Shown here in pieces: positions 35,923 through 45,824 of a stretch of 64,000 nt of DNA. The position numbers and the translations under genes were made by a program. Origin of the DNA: Azolla caroliniana (taxonomy: Eukaryota > Plantae > Polypodiophyta). A model generated the notes under the pieces. It was not told where the DNA came from and ran no database searches. It was given only the letters and a program-made list of their open reading frames with translations. The stretch covers positions 12,648,001 to 12,712,000 of the forward strand of contig JBHGNT010000002.1 of the NCBI GenBank assembly GCA_043228905.1, in the 5' to 3' direction. How positions within the stretch are numbered: the stretch's first letter is position 1; each line of letters begins with the position of its first letter.

Positions 35923-38656
35923 TGTTACCGATTAAGAACACTGTCTACGGTCAGTCCTTCGACCTAGACCTCAAGGTGACTGCGTTCCAAGGAATGGTAC
36001 TGTCCTAGTAATGGGATACTTCCCCATATCCTAGTAGCTTATAAGGGAGACGACTACAACCAAACTCCTTAGGAAGTGCACTTAGTATCCACACTTACGC
36101 CTACACCTTTACGATTACAGTCCGCCACAAAGAACAAAGAACACAATAGATAAAACCACACTTATGCATAGAAATCAGAGAAGATAGTATTCTATTAGAA
36201 TAACGCTTTATGCATAAAAAATACACGCTACCTCTTACAGAGGATTTCTACCCTTTATATACCCATGGTCTTTTAGCTGTTCACGCTTCCCACGTGAACT
36301 GTTACACGTGTTTCTTATGCTTTTACTATATTCTAATATTCTTGCACTTCTATCCGTCGGTTACTATTCCGGCGGACAACACCTGGCATGCCTATGGGAC
36401 AGTGCCATGGCACGTCGGACCTACCCCTTTAATCTCCCTCCAATGGCTCAACATTGTTCGCAGACTCTTGCCCAATGCATTGTTCCGTATTGGCCGCGTT
36501 CGCTTTTTCGACCCATGCTTGGGTTGTCTGACGTATCGCATCTTGCACGGCCCAATCAACATTTTTCGTTTGTTGTCTTGTCGTAACTTGCTGAACGTCT
36601 GCCATAATCGTATTGACGGTGGGGCTTTTTCCCTTGCGGAGTGGACATTGAGTGACATAATGTTCGGGCTATTGGCAAACGAAACAATGGACGTTGGATT
36701 CTCCTTTCTCGGCAACTGGTGGCGTGTTCCTATCCCTAGGTGTGACTTGCTCCTCCCGGTCTTGGTTCATTCTTCTGAAAGTCCGCGGTGGTTGTTGTTG
36801 GTCTCGGCGCGGCTCTTGGTGCCGATCATCGTCCGAACTTTCGTCGTAATGCCATTGGTCCCTATATTGTCGATGTTTCCCACGGGGCCCATTGAAGCCA
36901 CCACGTTTGTTCGCCGGACGGTAGTTTTCGTAATGTCGTCCTCCTTTATTATATCTGTGGTTGCCCTGGTAGTCTTCATCCTCCGGTTCTTCTTCCTCGA
37001 AATCGTTGTTATTCTGGTGATTCCGGTAGTGCCAGTCATCACGTGGATTTTGATTCGTATACCGAGGTCGTTCTTCTTGGCGCCTTTGATCATTACGATG
37101 TTGTGGTCACTGTGTTTATACGTTTCATACTGTGGGCGTGGGTCTGTTCAACATATTGTACTCACACTGCTCGACCGTGTGTGCTTTCGAGTGATAGATT
37201 GGGTAGTGGATTTGCATGTTGCATTCCACTGCGGAATGTCTAGAATTGAGGCAAATCTTACACTGGATTTCCTGGCGAAAATGTCGTTCATCGTCTTGAG
37301 GTAACACTTGTCGTAATGAGGACATAGAAAACCTTTCCTCTTCTTCGTCTAGCTCGAGTTGCAACGCTCGTTCGATGACCATATCAGCTGTTTCTCCTTT
37401 CACGCTATTGTTGTTGAGCATCGTCCGTATTGGTCGCCGTAAGGCTGCCACAAATGTCTCCCGAGCCTAGTCCTCTATCGGGCGTTGTTCTAATTTCCGC
37501 TGCAGATTTGCGAAGCATAAACTGAAATCCGCGACAGTCTCGGTTGGCAATTGTTTGATTGTATAGAACTACCCGAGGATTTCGCGTTGCAGCACCCTTC
37601 GATGAAAGAACCACAGAAACGTCAACTGCAGCTGATCGAAGGTCGTGATTGTTGGCAGATCCATCTGCGAATGCCAAAACGCAGTTCTACCATCCAATGT
37701 TAATCCAAACTCTGTTATTTTGGATTGGTGCGCTACCTCTTCTAGAAGTCTCTGCGCCATGTGATTCGCATTCCAGACATTTAGGAACATGCAAATGTGG
37801 GTTGCGGCGTCTGTTTCGCCATTGAAGCGGGGATAGGAGAAGGCCATGCTAGACGCTATGGCGGGCAGGGGAATACCACCGTACTTGTGTGGTAATGGAA
37901 CTTCCTGCGTCTCGTCGGGGTATTTGGTGAGGGTCTCGATTTTGTGGTTCCGACAGATATCCCTGAGGTCACTGACGCGAGGTTTTTGCCTTGCTCGTTC
38001 CTCTGCCTGGCATGTGATGGACCTTGTGATTGCTCGGTTGTGTAGTGTTGGTTCTCTAGGACATATACGACTAAACATCCATTCGTTGTTGTTCATCTGC
38101 GAGAAGACATAGATCACCATGCGTGCCAAACGTGTTACCGATTAAGAACACTGTCTACGGTCAATCCTTCGACTTAGACCTCAAGGTGATTGCGTTGCAA
38201 GGAATGGTACTGTCACACCGTAATACGTAATAGGATACTTCCCCGTATCCTAGTAGCGTATAAGGGAGACGGCTACAATCGAACTCCTTAGGAAGTGCAC
38301 TTAGTATCCGCACTTCTTACACCTACACCTTTATGATTACAGTTCGCCACAAACAACAAAGAACACAGTAGATAAATCCACACTTATGCACAGAAATAAG
38401 AGAAGATAGTATTCTATTAGAATAACGCTCTATGCATCAAAATTACATGCTACCTCATACAGAGGATTCTACCGTTTATATACCCATGGTCTTTTAGCCA
38501 TCCACGCTTCCCGCGTGAATTGTAAGAAACGCAAGAATATTAGAATATAGTAAAAGCGTAAGAAACGCTTTCTATGTTACATGCGTTTCTTACGCTTTTA
38601 CTATATTCTAATATTCTTGTGCTTTTGTCCGTCGGTTACTATTCTGGCAGACAACA
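35923..38656 (-). mobile_element. Element G: gag-only gypsy-like LTR element (2.7 kb)
   Basis: LTRs 35923-36381 and 38133-38656, perfect TSD ACTAT, TATATAAA on minus in the LTR, PBS-like TGGCACGCATGGTGA on minus at 38114-38128. No pol and no adjacent PPT. Confidence 0.9.
36430..38129 (-). pseudogene. gag: Element G gag with two CCHC-type knuckles
   Basis: YPRFNGETDAATHI..F...FGLTLDGRTAFW...TFDQLQLTF (retrotransposon gag), CKICLNSRHSAVEC and degenerate YPIYHSKAHTVEQC. In-frame stops present. Confidence 0.8.
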
Positions 38657-39358
38657 ACTATGGTAGTCGCTAATTAGCTATTGTACTACACTATGGTAGT
38701 AGCTAATTAACTACCAGTTAGCTAATTAGCTACTGTACCACTTAGCTAATTAGCTACTATACTACACTATGGTAGTAGCTAATTAGCTATTGTATTAAAC
38801 TATGGTAGTAGCTAATTAGGTACTCAACTAAAGTATGCTAGTAGCTAGTTAGCTACCACTTAGCTAATTAGCTACTGTTTCTAAACTATGGTAGTAGCTA
38901 ATTAGGTACTCAACTAAAGTATGCTAGTAGCTAGTTAGCTACCACTTAGCTAATTAGCTACTGTTTCTAAACTATGGTAGTAGCTAATTATCTAAGCTAA
39001 TTAGATATTGTACTAAATTATGGTAGTAGCTAATTAGCTAAGTGGTAGCGAATTAGCTACTGAATTAAACTATGGTAGTTGCTAATTAGCTACTCAGCTA
39101 AAGTATGGTAGTAGCTAATTAGCTACCACTTAGCTAATTATCTAATGTACTAAACTATGGTAGCAGCTAATTAGCTACCATTTAGCTAATTAGGTATTGT
39201 ACTAAACTATTTAGCTACCACTTAGCTAATGTATTAAACTATGGTAGAAGCTGATTACCTACCACTTAGCTAATTAGCTATTGTGCTAAACTATGGTAGT
39301 AGCTAATTAGCTACCCCTTAGCCATAGAGCTAATCAATATGTCCATTTTATTACGTAG

Positions 39359-40940
39359 GTCGATTTATTTATTAGGTTCAAGCGAATGCATCCAAATATC
39401 AAAGTTCAACTACGAACATTCAAGTCTCTTAAGCTACACTTTGTGAGATGCTTGAAGGATCGATACACGTTGTTCCATTTACCATGTACAAATGGGTTTT
39501 CTCAAGGACTCTGTTAATCTACTATGTCACCATAGCGCCTCCCTAACAAATGCAGTTTGCACTTTTGAGTGCCCAATTTGTCGATCGAGCCCACATGAGC
39601 ACTGTAAATCATCTAAGCATGTTATCTCTTCCATGAGTTGTCTTTTAGATTCAGTATTGTGTGCGAGAGAAACTGAGGCCATCTTTCACAGTCATAAATG
39701 TGTCAAGGGTTTATGTCAAGATTGTGGCCCTAGTAGATTTAGGTGGTGTCCAAATGAATTGAGGAGTGAAATATTAATCTCTATCAAGTTATTTGAGTCA
39801 GTTGACACCAATTTCGAAGGAAAGGTGTGTAAAAGAAAGGATCTAGTTCGGAAGATGCTTAAACCAAGGGGTTTGGTGTCTCTGTTTGTAGTATCTCTAG
39901 GAAAGTTCATTAAACACAACTTCATTTATTCATGGCAAGCCCATCAGTTTAAGACTTGCATATCTGATTTCCCAAATGATGTAGTAGTCTCAGTAGTAGA
40001 TTTCGTAGAGAATTATACTTTCAAGCAGCAGAATGAAATTCAATCTATGCATTGGTGTTCAGTTCAGGTAACCATTTTTGTGCACATAACATATTTTCGA
40101 GTTTCAGGTGATGTTAAAAAAGTAATTCATTTCTTTATTTCCGATGATAAGAAGCATGATACCTTGTTCGTCCAACACTATTTTAAGTTACATTGGCAGT
40201 GGTTATTAGCTCAACGTTTGGAGCTTACTCAACATTGGGTCTGGTCTGACGGAGTTGCGTCACAATTCAAGGCTCGACGTCCATTTTATTTTGTGGGGAG
40301 GTATCCTGCCATAACAGGTTTGGAGATGAGATGGATTTTTTTGGGTTTGGCCATGGTAAAGGTGAACATGATGGTGCAGGGGCTGTTATAAAGCGGGCAC
40401 TTACCCATGAACAACTAAAGACAGATGGTGTGCACATGAATTGTGCATCACATGTAGTTGAATTTTTAAGAACAAATATGTCAACGAGTGCCACAGGTGT
40501 TTATTCCTCGCAAGTCCATTTTATTTTGTGGGGAGGTATCTTTCTATAACAGGTTTGGAGATGAGATGAAATGTTTTTTGGGTCTGGCCATGGTAAAGGT
40601 GAACATGATGGTGTAGGTGCTGTTATAAAGCAAGCACTTACCCATGAACAACTAAAGGCAGCTAGTGTGCAAATGAATTGTGCAGCACAAGTAGTCAAAT
40701 TTTTAAGAGCTAATATGTCAACGAGTGCAACTGGTGTTTATTCCTCGCAGGTCCGAGATATCAAACGTGAATTTTGGGAAGTGAAGATAGATGAAGTAAA
40801 TAGGGAGAAGACCTAGGAGTGCCAAGGAATTCCCCAATTGCGATCTCTCCATGTTGTTCGCGGTTATTCTAGGTTGGATGGTCATTGTATTGCGGTTAGA
40901 GAATTAACTTCTTTTTGCTTCCATTGTTTCCACTATTTCA
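39359..40940 (+). pseudogene. Sola2-type DDD transposase, frameshifted, with an internal ~235-bp duplication
   Basis: Cys-rich region (CVKGLCQDCG), VDFVENY...QNEIQSMHW...QVTI, ISDDKKHD, WSDGVASQFK, GHGKGEHDGAGAVIKR. This is the motif series recalled for Sola2 transposases. Confidence 0.75.
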
Positions 40941-40972
40941 TGGCATTTCACATCGTTGCCTAATTCAGTACA

Positions 40973-43900
40973 CTATTCCAAAAGAATAGGGTGCAGCTGA
41001 TCTGAAGGAGATGTGATAGCAGGACTCTTACTTTCAGCCACATTGGCAGTAGTACCCTCATCTGTTGCAGCATCATCAGCACCAGACACATCATGTGCCG
41101 TCCTTAATCCACAAGATTCTACAATAACATGACAGTTATTTAGGATAGCTAATTAGCTACTTTACTAAACTATGGTAGAAGCTAGGATAGCTAATTAGCT
41201 AGTACGATAGCTAATTAGCTAGTATGATAGCTAATTAGGTACTTTACTCAACTATGGTAGTAGTTAGGATAGCTAATTAGGTACTTTACTCAACTATGGT
41301 AGTAGTTAGGATAGCTTATTAGCTACTAGGACAGCTAATTAGCTGCCAGTAGCTAATTAGCTACTAGGATAGCTAATTAGCTGCCAGTAGCTAATTAGCT
41401 ACTAGGATAGCTTATTAGCTACTTTACACAACTATGGCAGTAGCTACTAGGATAGCTAATTCGCTAGGATAGTTAATTCGCTAGTAGGATAGCTAATTAG
41501 TTGCCAGCAGCTAATTAGCTACTAGGATAGCTAATTAGCTACTAGGATAGCTAATTAGTTGCCAGTAGCTAATTAGCTAGTAGGATAGCTAATTAGGTAC
41601 TTTACTCAACTATGGTAGTAGCTAATTAGCTAGTAGGATAGCTAATTAGCTACTAGGATAGCTAATTAGCTGCTAGTAGCTAATTAGCTACTAGGATAGC
41701 TTATTAGCTACTTTACACAACTATGGCAGTAGCTAATTAGTTACTAGGATAGCTAATTAGTTGCCAGTGGCTAATTAGCTAGTAGGATACCTAATTAGCT
41801 TTTTTACACAACTATAGTACTAGCTAATTAGCTAGTACCATAGCTAATTACCTACTAGGATAGCTAATTAGCTAGTAGGATAGCTTATTAGCTACTTTAC
41901 ACAACTATAGTAGTAGCTAGGATAGCTAATTAGCTACTATGGTAGCTAATTAGCTACTTTACTCAACTATGGTAGTAGCTAGGATAGCTAATTAGCTACT
42001 TTACTAACTATGGTAGTAGCTAGGATAGCTAATTAGCTACTTTACTAACTATGGTGGTAGCTAGGATAGCTAATTAGCTACAATGAAAGCTAATTAGCTA
42101 CTTTCTCAACTATGTAGTAGCTAGGATAGCTTATTAGCTACTAGGACAGCTAATTAGCTGCCAGTAGCTAATTAGCTACTAGGATAGCTAATTAGCTGCC
42201 AGTAGCTAATTAGCTACTAGGATAGCTTATTAGCTACTTTACACAACTATGTCAGTAGCTAATTAGCTAGTAGGATAGCTAATTAGTTGCCAGTAGCTAA
42301 TTAGCTAGTAGGATAGCTAATTAGCTTTTTTACACAACTATGGTACTAGCTAATTAGCTAGTACCATAGCTAACTAGCTACTAGGATAGCTTATTAGCTA
42401 CTTTACACAACTATGTCAGTAGCTAATTAGCTACTATGATAGCTAATTAGCTAGTAGGATAGCTAATTAGCTAGTAGGATAGCTAATTAGTTGCCAGTAG
42501 CTAATTAGCTAGTAGGATAGCTAATTAGCTTTTTTACACAACTATGGTACTAGCTAATTAGCTAGTACCATAGCTAACTAGCTAGTACCATAGCTAACTA
42601 GCTACTAGGATAGCTTATTAGCTACTTTACACAACTATGGCAGTAGCTAATTAGTTACTAGGATAGCTAATTAGTTGCCAGTGGCTAAATAGCTAGTAGG
42701 ATAGCTATTTAGCTTTTTTACACAACTATGGTACTAGCTAATTAGCTAATACCATAGCTAATTAGCTACTAGGATAGCTAATTAGCTAGTAGCTCATTAG
42801 CTGCCAGTAGCTAATTAGCTAGTAGGATAGCTAATTAGAAAAGACTAAGCTTATTAGCTACAGTATGGTATACCTGTTTGTTTTCTCCACTCATTTGGTA
42901 GAGTTGTACTGCAATCTCCCAAACAGAATGCAGCAATTCGACAGGCATGTTGAAAACAAAGCAGATGGTATGTGTGGTTGCATGGTTGTAGGTGAACCAA
43001 CAAAGACGCAGTTTTGTCCTCCACACCTAACCCGCAAGCGATGCAACGTGCTTGAACTGTGAATAAATCATTTTCTGGTTCTACTTCATTTGGTAAGGGA
43101 GCAAGAATGTTCAGGTCCAAATCCTGTCTGGTCCTTACCATTCCCTCCACAAAATGTAGCTTCTTCTTAAGGCAGCTAACAACCTGTTCTTGATGAATGT
43201 ATTGTTCCTTCAACACAACAGAGAAATTTACCGATTAATTATTCTTGTTGTTGAAAGATACACCAACTTTGCTCAGGAATCGTTAACTTACTTGAAGCTT
43301 ATCCAAATTGTAATCTGCAGCAGTATTTACACCTAGAAGGTCCAGGTTCATTGAAAGAACCTGGATCTCTATTTGCAGTTCTATTTTATGTTGGGGATCC
43401 AGTGGCCCCTCTAATTCAAGCTCCTGTTGCGCAACCTATTCCAGATAATGCTTGATTAGCACATTTTACCCGTTATTTATAACACAATCACATACCAGCA
43501 AAACAATAGTTACCTGAATCTTATTTCTAATTGTTGTAACAGCAGAAGTAACTTTGCTCTCCATTGCAGAAGCCATTGTGGCTTTCTCTAAATCAGTCTT
43601 AAAAAATGCCAATGTCTCACAGGCTTCATGGACATTTTTTAGCATATAGCTAACCAATGTCTCACCTGTATCATCGACATTGGCTTTCCTTGGGTGTCGG
43701 TGTGGTGTATGCCCCCGGTCTTGTTGGGAGTCGGCAGTTGCATCAACAGCTGCCATGCTCCAAAATCTGTCTATTTTTTGTGCCAAGGTCCCCATCTTTC
43801 GGCATCTTTTTACCGATGCCTCACCATAGACTGCCCAAGCTACCCTATACATTTCAGGGTCTCTAGATTCCTTCGTTGTTTTGCAGTACTCATATGCAAA

Positions 43901-44780
43901 TGCTCTAGCAAATGAAACTGACAACTCATTGTTGACTGGGATCTCCTGATGAACTTTCTGGTGAAGTCTCATGCAGTCATCGTACAAGTCGGCTCGTACA
44001 TGCTTCAACTTGACCTTGCCTTGGACTCTAGGCACTGTATATACTGTCATCCAGTCTATATCACTGATCAATTTATCACTTAGGACAGCAGGGTCAACAC
44101 CCTCGAGTGACAGACCATAGGTGTTGTGGAAGTCCTCCTTTGTCTCGCAAAATTTTGCGAAGTTTAGCACTCTCGTATACGGAGGAACGAGCCATCTGAA
44201 ATATCATTTCAGAAATCAGAAATAGTGCAAAATCAGAATATGTGAGAATCAAAAACCCCAATCAACAACAACAAAAATGGTGCAAAATCTTTAACTTAGC
44301 AAATCAGAAACCCTAATCATAATTTGTATTCAGAAATTTGAAATCAGAAACCCTAATCAAAATCTGTAATCAGAAGTTTGAAATCAGAAACCCTAATCAA
44401 AATCTGTAATCAGAAGTTTGTAACCAGAAACCTTATTCAGAAATTCTAATCAGAAATTTATAATCAAAAACCCTAATCAGAAATTTCAATCAGAAACCCT
44501 AATAAAAAATTTCAATCACAAACCCTAATCAGAAATCCTAAGCAGAAATTTATAAACAAAAACCCTATTCAAAAATTCTAATTTGTAATCAAAATTTGTA
44601 ACCAGAAACCCTATTCAGAAATTCTAATCAGAAATTTATAATCAAAAACCCTAATCAGAAATTTCAATCACAAACCCTAATCAGAAATTTCAATCACAAA
44701 CCCTAATCACTAAAGACAGGATTAAACACAAAAAAAGTAATATAAACACACCTGTTGCTACTCCCCGATTTGCGAGACAT
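40973..44780 (-). CDS. Predicted 5-exon ~444-aa transposon-borne protein with helical/coiled-coil region and RING-H2-like finger
   Basis: Exons 44780-44752, 44195-43514, 43435-43292, 43207-42874 and 41118-40973 join in frame at GT-AG sites (1335 nt, no internal stop). RING-like CIAC-x-CNHTYHLLC-x-CLGDC in exon 4. First and last exons are the least certain. Confidence 0.7.
41140..42862. repeat. Array of palindromic TAGCTAATTAGCTA motifs (internal, in predicted intron 4 of the RING gene)
   Basis: ~1.7 kb of palindromes with spacers such as CTAGGA, GCCAG and CTTTACACAACTATGG, in higher-order blocks. Confidence 0.95.
44270..44710. repeat. Telobox-rich tandem repeats (AAACCCTAAT/AATCAGAAA) in predicted intron 1
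   Basis: About a dozen AAACCCTA(A/T)T motifs at roughly 20-40 bp spacing. Confidence 0.8.
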
Positions 44781-45824
44781 CCTTGTATGGGACTCCAAGG
44801 ACTTCGCCCTATTCGATTTTGGGGAAATATGAATCGGCACCAAAGTTCAGACAGTAGTCAAAAAGAAAAAACAAATGTTTGGGGTTTCTGTAACTGAAAC
44901 ATACCTGGACGATGATCGAGCGGGTTCTGTGTTGTAGCTCTCAATCTGCAATGTCGATTTTTTGCTGTTGCGGGAGCTACGTCTGCGTTCGTGCTCTGAG
45001 TACTCCATCTGCGTTCAAAATCAGACTTAGGCTAAACAGGAAATTGATGACATTGAAGTCGACCTTAGATGATGGTGATATTCCCCAAGTTCCACTACGT
45101 CTGAAACAGAAGTTCAAATATTTGAGTTTTTTCATAAATTAGTTTTTCAAATATTTGATTTTCCCACAAGAAAGACTAGCTAAACAAATAGCTAATTAGC
45201 TATGGCCATTTTAGTAGCTAATTAGCTATAATAGTGTTTCCACTCGCATGCTTTTACCCTTCTTGCTTCCTCTTGTTTCTCTTGCTCCTCGGTTCAGGGC
45301 CCCCATGGTCCCGCCTTGTTTCCCATGCAAAAGTGAAACAACACGACATCCATCGGTTCCTCCGTGTTGGTGCCGACTTTCATTGCCTTCTCGCCGTTGG
45401 GCCTTCAGTTGATTCGTTTTCTTTGAATCAAACACCTCTTTTGAATCAGATGCCTCTGATTCATTTCAGCTATTGTGCAAATTGGCTGTCTCCAATTCAT
45501 CTGCGTCGGACCACGTCCGAGTCTTGGCCTTCTTCCTCCGGTCAGCTCTGTCCTTCTTCACTCTGCCACCTTCGCCGCTTGTTCTGACTTTATTAGATGT
45601 GCCGACATCTTCAGTCAACTCGGCTTCTTTTTTCTTCAAGTCTCCCCCTGCTTCGGTTGTTTCCTTCTTTCCAGCTGCTTGTCGGTGCTTTTGCCTGTTT
45701 TCCCAGTTTCCGTTTTGGTTTCGGTTCTCCCTGTATCAAGCTTGGTTCTCCCCCTCAAGTGCCGCATGTCGAGATGCTGAAGACCAAGCATCTCCGAATA
45801 ATGTTGCAACTTGTCGGTTCCAAG

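Larger units (their letters stand above)
34975..39335. repeat. Array of palindromic TAGCTAATTAGCTA motifs (left), split by element G at 35923-38656
   Basis: Dozens of exact or near-exact 14-bp palindromes with short spacers such as ACTATGGTAG. Confidence 0.95.
34949..45259 (+). mobile_element. Sola2-like DNA transposon with 25-bp TIRs (~7.6 kb without nested element G)
   Basis: Left GGCTGAAAGCATGCGAGTGGAAACA (34949-34973); right reverse complement GGGTAAAAGCATGCGAGTGGAAACA (45235-45259), 23/25 identical. DDD-type transposase inside. Flanks do not form a TSD. Confidence 0.8.

Noticed and set aside
36210-37304. 364-aa plus-strand ORF in element G
   Set aside because: It is the antisense shadow of the gag C-terminus and starts inside the LTR; no recognisable motifs.
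34975-42862. Palindromic repeat arrays as a CRISPR-like locus
   Set aside because: Spacers are short and themselves repeated, no cas genes are present, and the context is a eukaryotic transposon.
43946-43975. Second CTGATGA as another hammerhead
   Set aside because: No stem II or GAAA follows, and it lies antisense within a coding exon.
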